Position numbers and translations under genes: made by a program. Shown here piece after piece: positions 19,381 through 29,600 of a DNA stretch of 64,000 bases. The stretch lies in assembly GCA_965237985.1 (NCBI GenBank), contig OZ250161.1, positions 1,615,012 through 1,679,011 of the forward strand, given 5' to 3'. The stretch is from Candidatus Oxydemutatoraceae bacterium (GTDB taxonomy: Bacteria; Pseudomonadota; Gammaproteobacteria; Poriferisulfidales; Oxydemutatoraceae). The number at the start of each line of letters is the position of its first letter. The stretch's first letter is position 1. The notes below the pieces were generated by a model. It was not told the origin of the DNA. It was given only the letters and a program-made list of their open reading frames with translations, and did no database searches.

Positions 19381-20651
19381 GCTAAAGCTGGGGTCGCGCC
19401 CAAGTTGCCGTCCGTTGCTGTTTTCGGCAAAGACTTTTTGCCCTGTATGCCCAACTCTTCCAGTTTTTTTGCCTGGCCTACTAAGTTGCCGCGCCCCTTT
19501 GCCAGTCTGAGCATAACGGTTTCGTGGCTTTTGCAGGCCCGTTCCAGGTTTTTCCCCAAGTCTTTCGCAGACTCCAGGACGCCACTTACTTTATTGTAGA
19601 AAGACGCAGCCTGTCGCACAATTTTCTGGGTGTTCTCTTGCTGCTTGTGAGAGCGCCAGAGGTTTTCAATGATGCGTAAAGTCGGCATCAAGGTATTGAG
19701 CGTCACGAGTCCGACGCGCATTCGCAAAGACTCATCGAATAACGAGGAGTCTTCGTTCAGTGCCGCCGCCAGCGCGTTCTCCAAGGGCACAAACATGAGA
19801 ACGAAATCCAGCGAGTGGACCTGCGGCAGGTCTTGGTAGTTTTTCGCGGCCAGGTCTTTGATATGTTTGCGCATGGCTGCCAGGTGTGCTTTCAGGCATT
19901 TGCTTTTGGCCTCCTCGTTTTTTGCCTCCTGGGCGTTCAGGTAGTCGACCATATTCAGTTTTGAATCGATGATGACCTGGCGGTCAGTCGGCAATTCAAT
20001 CACTATGTCTGGGCGTAACAGGGTGCCGTCTTCGTTGCGATAGCTTTTCTGGGCGTGATAATCCACGCCTTCCTGCAGCCCTGCGGCTTCAAGGATGCGT
20101 CCCAGCTGCACTTCCCCCCAACTGCCTCGTACCTGCGGTGACCGACGCAAGGCGCTTACCAGCTCCTGCGCTTCGTGCGCCAGGGATTCATTTATTTCAC
20201 GTACGTTTTTCAAACCTTCAACCAGCGTGGTGCGCTCCCGGGTAGTTTCATGTCCTTGTCGTTCCAGTTGTTCGCGAAACTGCTGAAACGCTTCCTGAAG
20301 TGGTTTTACGGTGGCATTGAGTTCGCTTTTCCCACGTTCGGCGTAACGGCTGTCAAGCACCTTCATGCTTTTCAAAGTCGCCTGTTCGAGCCGCGCGTCG
20401 AGGGACTGTTCATGTTCTTGGTAAATTTGCGTGCGGCTTTCCAGTCGTGCGCACTCTTCACGTTGCAACTGATGCGCTGCACGTTCTTTTTCCAGTTCCG
20501 ATTGCTCGTGGCGAAGCTGCGTTTCCTGTTCCCGACACAAGGTCTCCACCTGCTTGCGTTTCTGTTGTTCCATTTTGTGTTTGTGCACGAAAAACATTGC
20601 CCCGATAGCGCCCCCCGCACCAGCGCCGAGCAATAAATAGATCACTTCCAC
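19344..20651 (-). CDS. rmuC: DNA recombination protein RmuC
   Basis: N-terminal TM, long coiled-coil region, C-terminal RmuC nuclease-like domain ('DFVLMFVPLENA'). 435 aa. Confidence 0.85.
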   Translation of the reverse strand: MEVIYLLLGAGAGGAIGAMFFVHKHKMEQQKRKQVETLCREQETQLRHEQSELEKERAAHQLQREECARLESRTQIYQEHEQSLDARLEQATLKSMKVLDSRYAERGKSELNATVKPLQEAFQQFREQLERQGHETTRERTTLVEGLKNVREINESLAHEAQELVSALRRSPQVRGSWGEVQLGRILEAAGLQEGVDYHAQKSYRNEDGTLLRPDIVIELPTDRQVIIDSKLNMVDYLNAQEAKNEEAKSKCLKAHLAAMRKHIKDLAAKNYQDLPQVHSLDFVLMFVPLENALAAALNEDSSLFDESLRMRVGLVTLNTLMPTLRIIENLWRSHKQQENTQKIVRQAASFYNKVSGVLESAKDLGKNLERACKSHETVMLRLAKGRGNLVGQAKKLEELGIQGKKSLPKTATDGNLGATPALAEEASNEQDVET

Positions 20652-20850
20652 TGTCGTCCTCCCGAAACAGAAAATATCAAGTATTCTGCATTTTATGCCG
20701 AGCTTTGCTTGTCCGCCGGGCAGGAATCCTACAGAGACACTCTCTGTTCAAAGCGGCCAGCATGGTCGCGCGCAGCTGCCGCGCCCCTCCGCCGGCAACA
20801 GTATTCAGGATGGTGCGGTTATGGTCATCCGGATACGTCACGCCAGCTCA

Positions 20851-22089
20851 CTAGGGTTCTTGCCGACTTTCCCCGGTAGGCTTCATCGGCGGCAGGGTCT
20901 GCTTCCCTCTCGTGTGCTCGCTCTGCCTGAGTAGTGCCCAGCGGACGTGCTCGCGCACCAAGGGTGAGGAGTGGTTCGTTCTACTGCGCAACGCCTGAGC
21001 CACCTTTTTGCTGCGCGGCGCGTTGCCGAGCCCCACGGCAAGATTGCGCAGCCAGCGTTCGTAACCCAGTCGGCGCAAAGTGCTGCCACGCGTCCGGGCA
21101 GCAAAGTCTTTTTCATCCCAGTCCCAGAGAGACAGCAAAGTCGCAGCGTCCAGTCCCTTGCGCACCTGGAAAGCAGTTTCTTCGCTGGTTTTCGCAAAAC
21201 GGTTCCAAGGGCAGATGGTCTGGCAATCGTCGCAGCCGAAAATACGATTGCCGATCAACGGTCTCAGTGTTTCCGGGATAGTCCCTTTGTGCTCGATAGT
21301 GAGGTAAGCGATGCAACGACTTGCGTCCAACCGGTATGGTGCGATGATGGCACGGGTCGGACACACATCCAAGCAGCGTCGGCAACTGCCACAGTGGTTT
21401 TTTGCGGGACGGGAAACGGGGAGCGGGAGGTTGGTGTAGAGCTCGCCGAGAAAAAACCACGAACCCACACGGCGATTGAGCACCAAGGTGTTTTTCCCAA
21501 TCCAGCCCAAACCCGCTTGTTCGGCAATGGCTTTTTCCATGACCGGGGCACTGTCGCAAAAAGCTCGGTAATGAAAAGTTCCGGCGGCCTGAGTAATTTT
21601 GTCAGCGAGTTTCTGCAAACGTTTGCGTATCAGTTTGTGGTAATCACCACCAAGTGCGTAGCGGGCAATCTGTGCCAGGTCGGAAGCGTCTTCGTCGAGG
21701 CCATGACCGGCAACCCCGGGCGGCAAATAATTCATCCGTACTGAAATGATGGTTAGGGTTCCGGGCATCAGTTGTGCCGGACGCGTACGCTTGGTGCCAT
21801 GTTTTTCCATGAATGCCATGTCGCCGTGCATGCCATCGCGCAACCAATTCAGCAGGCGACTTTCGTGTTCGCCGATGTCTGCGTGACTGATTCCGGTCGC
21901 CTGAAAGCCCAGCTCGCTTGCCCACCGCTTGATTCGTTGCACCAGTCTTCGCAGCTTCGTTGTAGCAAGCGAGGTGTCGCCTGACACGCTGGTTTGGTGA
22001 GTTGGCGAACCGCGGGTTTTCACGCTGGCCTGGTTGGTTAGCGGGTCGCGGGCTTTCACGCTGACCTGTGGCAAGTCATGGGCTTTCAT
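20851..22089 (-). CDS. queG: Epoxyqueuosine reductase QueG (start uncertain; N-terminus overlaps an in-frame 66-bp repeat)
   Basis: 'RIKRWASELGF', 4Fe-4S ferredoxin cysteines 'CGSCRRCLDVCP' and 'CDDCQTICPWN', HEAT-like C-terminus. The conserved part begins near 'TTKLRRLVQRIKRW'. The upstream 50 aa are repeat-encoded. Confidence 0.8.
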   Translation of the reverse strand: MKAHDLPQVSVKARDPLTNQASVKTRGSPTHQTSVSGDTSLATTKLRRLVQRIKRWASELGFQATGISHADIGEHESRLLNWLRDGMHGDMAFMEKHGTKRTRPAQLMPGTLTIISVRMNYLPPGVAGHGLDEDASDLAQIARYALGGDYHKLIRKRLQKLADKITQAAGTFHYRAFCDSAPVMEKAIAEQAGLGWIGKNTLVLNRRVGSWFFLGELYTNLPLPVSRPAKNHCGSCRRCLDVCPTRAIIAPYRLDASRCIAYLTIEHKGTIPETLRPLIGNRIFGCDDCQTICPWNRFAKTSEETAFQVRKGLDAATLLSLWDWDEKDFAARTRGSTLRRLGYERWLRNLAVGLGNAPRSKKVAQALRSRTNHSSPLVREHVRWALLRQSEHTRGKQTLPPMKPTGESRQEP

Positions 22090-22520
22090 GCTGTTTGGTT
22101 GGCGAACCGCGGGCTTTCACGCTGACCTGCGGCGAGTCATGGGCTTTCATGCTGGTTTGGTTGGTTAGCGAACCGCGGGCTTTCATGCTGGCCTGGTTTG
22201 GTTGGTTGTGGCAAGTCATGGGCTTTTGCTGGTTTGGTTGGTTAGCGAACCGCGGGCTTTCACGCTGACCTGTGGCAAGTCATGGGCTTTCATGCTGACC
22301 TGTTGGTTAGCGAACCGCGGGCTTTCATGCTGGCCTGTGGCAAGTCATGGGCTTTCATGCTGGCCTGGTTGGTTAGCGGGTCGCGGGCACTCATGCTGAC
22401 CTGTGGCAAGTCATGGGCTTTCATGCTGACTTGCGGGGAGTCATGGGCTTTCATGCTGGCCTGGTTGGTTAGCGGGGCGCGGGCTTTCACGCTGGCCTGC
22501 GGCGAGTCATGAGTTTTCAC
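21960..22520. repeat. Tandem 66-bp repeat, about 8 units, in frame with queG on the minus strand, encoding (MKAHDLPQVSVKARDPLTNQAS)n
   Basis: Alternating 'gacctgtggcaagtcatgggctttcatgctg' and 'gcctggttggttagcgggtcgcgggctttcacgct' units between 22021 and 22520. Every unit carries an in-frame ATG on the minus strand. Confidence 0.85.
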
Positions 22521-22703
22521 ACGGTGCCAAAAAATTGTCTGTCAAACCGGGAGCGGGTAACGGGGAATGATGTTTGTGGCAGTAGCTGCATTGGAGAATT
22601 TTACAGATTTCGGGGCTCCGGCGGCATCCAGAATGTTTTTTGCACAAAGCAAAAATCACAGCGTCTGGTTTGACCCTTTCCTGAGGGGCGTTATTATCAT
22701 TGC

Positions 22704-24203
22704 ATGCTTCCCCTGTACACCTCTCGGCAAAGCAAAAAGCTTGACGAGATCATTATTGGTACCGGCCTGATCAGTGGTGCCGAATTGATGAGCCGCGCCG
22801 CCCATGCGTGCTTCGATGAAATCGTGAAACGTTGGTCGGAAGCCAGAGAAATCACGATTTTCGCAGGTCCTGGCAACAACGGAGGGGACGGATATTTGCT
22901 GGGTGCCTTGTTGTTGCTTGAAGACAGGTACGACGTAAAACTGGTGGCGTGCGCAGCAGGGAGGACTTTGTCGAGGGATGCCTCTGCGGCGCGGGAACAA
23001 TTTTTGGCAGGAGGAGGTTCGGAGTTTCCAGCAGGGACTCTGCTGCGCGGAGATTTGCTGGTCGACGCCATGTTCGGTACCGGCCTGAAACGGCCTCTGG
23101 ATGCCGATACATTATCGATAGTGGGCCATATCAATGACGCGCAATGCACCGTGCTGGCCGTGGATGTGCCAAGCGGGCTGAACTCGGATACCGGAGCCAT
23201 GATGCCGCAGGCCGTGCGAGCGGATGCAACCGTTACATTCATTGTCCGCAAACAGGGACTGTACACCGCTCAAGGTCGCGATTGTTGCGGAGAAATCGTT
23301 TTTGCCTCCCTGGGGGAGTGGCAAGAAGTACTCGCCGAGGAACCGGCAGCGGCGCAGTTGCTTTCCTACCGCGATGTCTGTGGACATCTGTCGCCCTGTC
23401 GCCGTGATGTTCATAAAGGTGATCTGGGTCACGTCTTAGTCATCGGCGGCAACCATGGCACGGCCGGTGCGGCGCGGCTTTGTGCCGAGGCGGCATTGCG
23501 CAGTGGTGCCGGATTGGTGAGCGTCGCCACACGTCCTGAGCACGTGGCAACAATCGCCGCCGATTGTCCGCCCCTGATGGTGCATGCCGTGTCCGGCGCG
23601 AAAGAAGCACTGCCGCTGACAGCCCGTGCCGATATTGTGGCCGTGGGGCCGGGGCTGGGGCAAGATGACTGGGCGATGGAGATGATGTCGGTGGCTCTGG
23701 ATGCGAAACAATGGCGGGTTGTGGATGCCGACGCGCTGAATTTGCTCGCCATCGAACCGTGCCGTTCGCAACGCTGGGTGCTGACGCCGCACCCTGGCGA
23801 GGCAGGACGGATGCTGGGGATTTCCAGTGCCGAGGTGCAAAAAGACCGCTTTCTGGCGTTGGCACAGCTGCGCGAACGCTATGGTGGGGTGTGCGTCCTC
23901 AAAGGTTCCGGCACACTGCTTGCGGCACATGACATGCCTTGCCCCACCGTCGTCCTGCCCGGTAATCCCGGGATGGCGACAGCGGGTGCCGGTGATGTCT
24001 TGACCGGCGTGGTGGCGGGTTTGCTCGCCCAAGGCTTGAAGCCGGAGGTGGCCGCACAAACTGCGGTGTGTGTGCACGCGCAGGCCGGAGATGATGCCGC
24101 GCAGAGTGGTGAGCGCGGCCTGCTGGCGACGGACATTCTGGCGGCCTTGCGCAGACGAGTGAACCCTGGCATGGATGCGAATGACGAAAAGGCTGTTTGT
24201 TGA
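22704..24203 (+). CDS. nnr: Bifunctional NAD(P)H-hydrate repair enzyme Nnr (YjeF_N epimerase plus YjeF_C ADP-dependent dehydratase)
   Basis: N-terminal 'IFAGPGNNGGDGYL', C-terminal 'VIGGNHGTAGAARL...GPGLG...GNPGMATAGAGDVLTG'. nnr-tsaE-amidase order matches E. coli yjeF-yjeE-amiB. Confidence 0.85.
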   Translation: MLPLYTSRQSKKLDEIIIGTGLISGAELMSRAAHACFDEIVKRWSEAREITIFAGPGNNGGDGYLLGALLLLEDRYDVKLVACAAGRTLSRDASAAREQFLAGGGSEFPAGTLLRGDLLVDAMFGTGLKRPLDADTLSIVGHINDAQCTVLAVDVPSGLNSDTGAMMPQAVRADATVTFIVRKQGLYTAQGRDCCGEIVFASLGEWQEVLAEEPAAAQLLSYRDVCGHLSPCRRDVHKGDLGHVLVIGGNHGTAGAARLCAEAALRSGAGLVSVATRPEHVATIAADCPPLMVHAVSGAKEALPLTARADIVAVGPGLGQDDWAMEMMSVALDAKQWRVVDADALNLLAIEPCRSQRWVLTPHPGEAGRMLGISSAEVQKDRFLALAQLRERYGGVCVLKGSGTLLAAHDMPCPTVVLPGNPGMATAGAGDVLTGVVAGLLAQGLKPEVAAQTAVCVHAQAGDDAAQSGERGLLATDILAALRRRVNPGMDANDEKAVC

Positions 24204-24705
24204 AACGCGCCGAGGCGAAGAAACCGAAGCCTTGGCAGGTGCCCTCGCCGACAAGGTCGGCGAGGCCGAAAGCATATGGCTGCTCGGCGAAATCGGCAGC
24301 GGTAAAACAACATTTTGTCGCGGCTTCATTCGTGCCCTCGGTTATTCGGGAAACGTGAAAAGCCCGACCTTTACGCTCATTGAACGCTATCCGGAATGTC
24401 TGCCGCAAATCACCCATTTTGACTGTTACCGGTTGCACAACGCCCATGAATTTACAGTACTGGGTGCGGAAACGTATTTTGATGACAGTCTCTGCCTCAT
24501 AGAGTGGCCCGAACAGGTTGTCGCCGCATTGCCCCCCCCGGCACTGAAGATTTTCTTTGCGCATCTTGAAGTGGGCAGGCAATTACGACTCGAAGCGCAA
24601 AATAACCGCTGGCAGAAATGCCTCGCCAGCCTGACAGACGAAATGGCCCAACCCCGCACCGCACACCGGAACCGCCACCTGCCGACCCCAACCCGTCCGA
24701 CTTAA
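24175..24705 (+). CDS. tsaE: tRNA threonylcarbamoyladenosine biosynthesis protein TsaE
   Basis: Walker A 'GEIGSGKTTFCRG', 'SPTFTLIERY'. It overlaps the nnr 3' end. It carries a ~20-aa proline/arginine-rich C-terminal tail beyond typical TsaE length. Confidence 0.8.
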   Translation: MRMTKRLFVETRRGEETEALAGALADKVGEAESIWLLGEIGSGKTTFCRGFIRALGYSGNVKSPTFTLIERYPECLPQITHFDCYRLHNAHEFTVLGAETYFDDSLCLIEWPEQVVAALPPPALKIFFAHLEVGRQLRLEAQNNRWQKCLASLTDEMAQPRTAHRNRHLPTPTRPT

Positions 24706-26051
24706 AAACAGCTCTGACCACGTTTCCCTCCGCACATCAGGACAAAAAATGGTTCGCCCTGGTGGTGTGCCTGTTCGTGTTTTGTTGGTCAAGCCAGGTA
24801 CAGGCGCAGGCGTCTATTGAAAAGATAGAGGTGCGGGACCTGCCCGACATGACCGAAGTCACGATTGCCCTGGATGCCCCTTTCCGCTATCAGTTCTTTG
24901 CGCTGAACTCTCCGGACAGGTTGGTTGTTGACCTGTTCGACAGCGCGCCCGAAGCTCCGCGCAAGCTCGTGCCACCTTATACAAGCCAGCGGGTAAAGAA
25001 CGTGCGCCATGCTTGGCGGGGACAAAACCACTACCGCGTGGTGTTCGATCTGTCAGGACCGGCAAGTTTTCAAAAGCACACCCGCGCCGACCAGTCGATG
25101 CACTTGCTGGTCATTGCCATCAAAAGCCAGGTGGCAGCGCAGAAACGAACCAGGAAACCAGACTTGCGAGCCGTAGTCGTGGTCATTGATCCGGGCCACG
25201 GCGGAAAAGACCCGGGCGCGGTGGGGATCGCCAATGCCCAGGAAAAAAACGTGGTTCTGGGGGTCGCGAAAGCCCTGTATGCGATGTTGCTGAAAGACTT
25301 CGGGATACGACCAGTGTTGACGCGAAGCCATGATGTTTACGTGTCGCTGCGCAACCGCCTGCGGCACTCACGGAACAATCGGGCGGACGCGGTGTTCTCC
25401 CTGCACGTCGACGCAGTGCCACAGCGCTATGTGGAAGGGGTCTCGGTCTATACACTCTCTGAAAAAGGGGCGACAAACGAAGCGGCGCGCTTGCTTGAAA
25501 AACGCGAAAATCTGTACAGCCACGATGAAGATGTCAGCCTCGCTGAAATCGATAAAGACGTGTCCAGCATCATCATTGACATGTCACAAACCTCCATGAA
25601 AACTCACAGCCTCAAGTTGGCCAAAAAGCTCCTGGCAGCATTGCTCAAAGTAGCTCCGGCACGTACCAGTGAAATACAGTATGGCAACTTCGCCGTGCTG
25701 AAGGCACCGGATTCTCCTTCGGTCCTGGTGGAGCTCGGATACATATCAAACCCTACAGAGGAAGCGGCACTGAAAACCAAGTCGTACCAGCGGCAACTCG
25801 CCGGTGCTTTACGCGCCGGCCTGCTCGCCTATTTTGAACGGAATGCCAGGCGCGACACCCTGCTCGGAAACTATCGCCTGCGGGATTATGTGGTGCGCAG
25901 AGGCGACACGCTTTCCGGTATCGCCTGGCGTATGAGGTCCAGCGTCGCAATGATTACTACGGCATCAGGACTGAAGTCGCAAAGAATTTACGTCGGCCAG
26001 CGACTGATGATCCCCACCCTCAAAATCCGGACTGAGGAGGGCTCTCGGTGA
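24618..26051 (+). CDS. amiC: N-acetylmuramoyl-L-alanine amidase (AmiB/AmiC type) with C-terminal LysM domain
   Basis: AMIN-like N-terminal domain, Amidase_3 core ('VVIDPGHGGKDPGAVG', 'HVDA', 'VLVELGYISNPTEE'), and LysM ('YVVRRGDTLSGIA'). Signal-peptide-like 'KKWFALVVCLFVFCWSSQVQAQA' starts about 40 aa into the ORF. The only in-frame ATG is at 24618, inside tsaE. The true start is unresolved. Confidence 0.8.
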   Translation: MPRQPDRRNGPTPHRTPEPPPADPNPSDLKTALTTFPSAHQDKKWFALVVCLFVFCWSSQVQAQASIEKIEVRDLPDMTEVTIALDAPFRYQFFALNSPDRLVVDLFDSAPEAPRKLVPPYTSQRVKNVRHAWRGQNHYRVVFDLSGPASFQKHTRADQSMHLLVIAIKSQVAAQKRTRKPDLRAVVVVIDPGHGGKDPGAVGIANAQEKNVVLGVAKALYAMLLKDFGIRPVLTRSHDVYVSLRNRLRHSRNNRADAVFSLHVDAVPQRYVEGVSVYTLSEKGATNEAARLLEKRENLYSHDEDVSLAEIDKDVSSIIIDMSQTSMKTHSLKLAKKLLAALLKVAPARTSEIQYGNFAVLKAPDSPSVLVELGYISNPTEEAALKTKSYQRQLAGALRAGLLAYFERNARRDTLLGNYRLRDYVVRRGDTLSGIAWRMRSSVAMITTASGLKSQRIYVGQRLMIPTLKIRTEEGSR

Positions 26052-26155
26052 ACTCCCAATAGTTTTTACGAGAACAGATTTTTAGGTCCTTAAACAGGAC
26101 GGAGCGAGAGTATCCGTTATCGATCCGACAAGCGCTCTGCTAAGAACAGCATGGC

Positions 26156-26341
26156 GTGTCAGTGCAAAGTATCTTGTGCTGGAAACCTGGTTACGGTGGC
26201 GGCACGGAAAATTCGCATTTCGGGCAACCGAAAATGACGACAGCAGAAAATGCCAGGCTGAAAAATTTGTTGGCTGACATTTCACTGGAAAAAGTAGTGC
26301 TGGGGGATGTGCCGGGGGATGTGCTGGGGGAAAAGCGGTAA
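26156..26341 (+). pseudogene. Remnant of an IS3-family (IS2/IS407-group) transposase OrfA C-terminus
   Basis: 'TAENARLKNLLADISLEKVVLGDV...EKR*' matches the conserved OrfA ending (ENxRLKxLVAxLSLDKxxL). No intact orfB or inverted repeats follow. It sits at the left edge of the accessory island. Confidence 0.5.
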
Positions 26342-26639
26342 CGCTGGATGAGCGACGCCAGCCAGCGGTTCAATGTTCAAGGAGACCTCATCAACGTTGT
26401 CCGTCGCACGACCGGACCTGGATGCCTGCGGTCACTGTGCTTGTTCTAAAATAGGCTTGCTGTGCCTGTGGGATGAGCAAACCTTCGCAGTGCTTCAGAG
26501 GAGACAGTCAGCCTGTGTCAACACATTTGCTTTCCACTGAGTTTATGGAACGGAACAAGTCGGTCATTCCCGAAGAGCTGCGCCGTGTGGTGGCAGAGGG
26601 CCTGCTCCGCAAGAAGGTTGTGCCGACCAAGGATTTTGG

Positions 26640-29600
26640 ATGAAGAAACAGGAAAAGATTGGGATCCGTTCACGTTTGCAGAAACTTTCGACCCTCAATG
26701 GCGAGGATGAAATCCGTTCGGAAGTTGGTGAATTGTTCGAGCTTCTCGGGCTGCCGGACAAGAGCCTTCAACACCGGGTTGGCAGATGGTTCGCAGATCT
26801 GGTTTTTTACTCTGCTCGTTTGGTCATTGAGACCAAAGCCCGTGGCAAAGTAAATCCTGAGGATAGAGGGAGCGGACTTGACGAGACCCAGAAAGGGCAG
26901 CTGGCACGCTATCTTGAGAAACTGACTGCAAAAGAAATTTCTCCCTCTGACCAGCCATGGCGCGGCGTCTTGACCGACGGGGAAACCTGGCATGTCTACG
27001 AATGGAACACAAAGTCCCATCCGGGCCGTGAGAAGAGTGGGCCTCGTTCCTCTCGCGTTGCCGAACCTAGGCCGTCTTTGTATGGGTGGAATGATGAACG
27101 GATGCGCGAGATTCGTCCAAAATTTCAGTTTCAAGCCAAGCATAACGGGCGTGCCGAGAGCTTCATTGAATTTTTTCGCCAATACCTTGCTCCTGAAAAA
27201 CGCCGGGGAAAACCTGCTCCCCCGTCGGATTTGGGGACCTCGGTGCTCCAGCCTTTTTTTCATGATTTAGCACAACTTGCTGAGAACGCCGAAGGAGATC
27301 CGCATTTCAACACGAAGTTTCGGGTTTGGAAAAGCGTCCTGAAGGGGGCCGGGCTGTTGCCGCCGGAGGGCATGGTCTCACGTACCCGCAGGTTGTTCCG
27401 GGAACATACGGCACTGGTCGTTACAGCCAGGGGCATTCTCAATGCGATGGGAAAAACAACTCAGCGTGATGCCGGCTTGGACCGAGACTTGAACAGTGGC
27501 TTTGTGTCTTGGTTGCAGGAGGTCACTGGGGGGGCAGAACGTACCCGGCAGTTGTTTCAGGATCTCGAAAAGTACGAATGGCGCGGTACCACCAGAGATG
27601 TGATGCGCACCGCCTACGAGCAATTGATCAAGGCAGAAGATCGCAAGGAATTCGGCGAATACTACACTCCAGATTGGCTGGCTACTGCCGTCTGCGAGGA
27701 CGTTTTGGATGTGGACTGGTTGAACCACGCCTTGGCCGCTGCCCGGCAGGCGCTCACGAGCCGAAGAGCCAGAGAATCTCGGATAGAACCCCTGCTGGGG
27801 ATCGGTGTGTTGGATCCGGCTTGTGGTTCGGGAACCTTTCTGTTCCATGCGGCGCGCCGAATTGTAGACCATGCAGTTCGGGAACGTGGGTTTTCCCCTA
27901 AAGAAGCTTGCCATGCTGCAGCCATTCTGGTTCATGGCATGGATATCCACCCGGTAGCGGTGGAAATGTCACGGGCGGTTTTGCGCACTGCCCTGCCCGA
28001 CCTGGACGATCAGGATGCAGAGCACTTGTCGGTTTACGTTGGCGATTCCCTGCAGACTGACGAGTTTCAGAGTGGAACCCTTTTGGGCAAAGATACAGTC
28101 TATGTTCAGTCCACAAAAGATCATTCCATTGAAATTCCACGTGATCTGTTGAGCCGACCGGATTTTTCCGTGCTCATTGAATGCCTGGTCGGTGCCGCGT
28201 TAGAAAAAGAACCGCTGAACTTGTGCGAATTTGAGATGGACAAGAGTCTGGAAAAGAAATTGCAGATTGCCTATCGGGCGCTCAAGAAAATTTGTCGGGA
28301 CGAGGGCAATCATGTTTGGGCTTGGAAAATTCGGAATACAGCGAAACCGCTGCAATTGACTGGATCAGGAGTTGACCGTCTGATTGGGAATCCTCCCTGG
28401 ATTGTGTCGAACGATACCCCGGAAGGAGTACGCAAGCAGGCGTTCAAGGAAATGACAAAGGGCTATGGACTTCGAGACCCGAAGCTGCACAGAAGTTCCG
28501 CGAAAGGCGATCTGGCAGCTTTATTTGCGGTGCGTGCCATTGATTTGTATTTGGCGTCGGGTGACGGTCGCAAGGGCGGAGGCGGGGTAGCGAAGCGTTT
28601 TGCCTTTGTTTTGCCTGGTTCTGCCCTGATCAACCAAGTATGGAGACCTTTTCGCACTGGGAACTGGCAAGGAAAGCAACACAGAGTGGAAGCGACTCTG
28701 GAAACTCCGTGGGATTTGGGAGGGGTCAAAGAAGCACCTTTTCCACATGCGCCGAACCAGGCGTGCGTGGTTCGGGGGTACTTGGGGGCAGCGCAACAAC
28801 TTCCCAAGGCGATTTTCTGGAAGGCAAGCGACGTGGAACTTGAGCAAGACTGGGAGACTGCGCGCAGACTTATCCGACAAAGTTCCGGATCTGAAGCCTT
28901 CCCTGAGCCGAAGGCAAGCCTGTATGTGCGCGAATTTCATCTCGGTGTGATGTTGAGGCCACTGTGCCTGGGACTGACGACCGATTGGGAAAGCCGTGGA
29001 GATCTGATCCGATTCACCACTTACCGTTCCACGAAGGGACCTTGGAAAGGGAAACAGTACAGAGGCGAAATGGAAGCAGAAGCGACACATTCACTGTTGC
29101 GTTCCCAAACGCTTCGCGCTTTTCGTGCTCTCCCGGACGCATTGCTGCTCGCTCCGTTGCGCGACGAGTCCATCGCGGATTTGGAAACCTGGCCCAAGGC
29201 TTGGTTGCCCAAGGCCCGCAAGTGGTTTCGGGAACATGAAAAAGTCTTCCAGAAATATCGTAGTTCGAAGTCTGCTCCTTCGCTACTGGGGAATATTAAT
29301 TGGAAGAACACCTTCACACGGCAGTATCTACGAGCTTTGAAATCGCCCAAGGCACTGCGCAAAGTTGTTTATAACGCGTCAGGGAGCTCGCTTCGTGCCG
29401 CGCGTGTTGTACTTGGTTTGGCGGTCAATGCGAAGTGTTACTACGCAATACTGACAAGCGAGAAAGCAGCAGCTTACCTTGTGGCCACATTGAACGCACC
29501 GTGTCTATTGCCGGCTTGGAACCATTACAAGACAAGCAGGCTGGATTACGATTTGAACCCTTTGCGAAGCGTGCCGGTTCCTGTTTTTGACAAAACTGAC

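Noticed and set aside
20971-21744. 257-aa plus-strand ORF
   Set aside because: Antisense to queG, with no homology.
23436-24582. Minus-strand ORFs of 297 and 227 aa rich in Arg/Pro/His
   Set aside because: Antisense to nnr and tsaE. High-GC shadow ORFs.
26380-26640. Possible IS3 orfB start following the OrfA remnant
   Set aside because: The translation ('TLDERRQPAVQCSRRP...') does not resemble the orfB N-terminus and no DDE region follows. Only the OrfA tail is recognisable.
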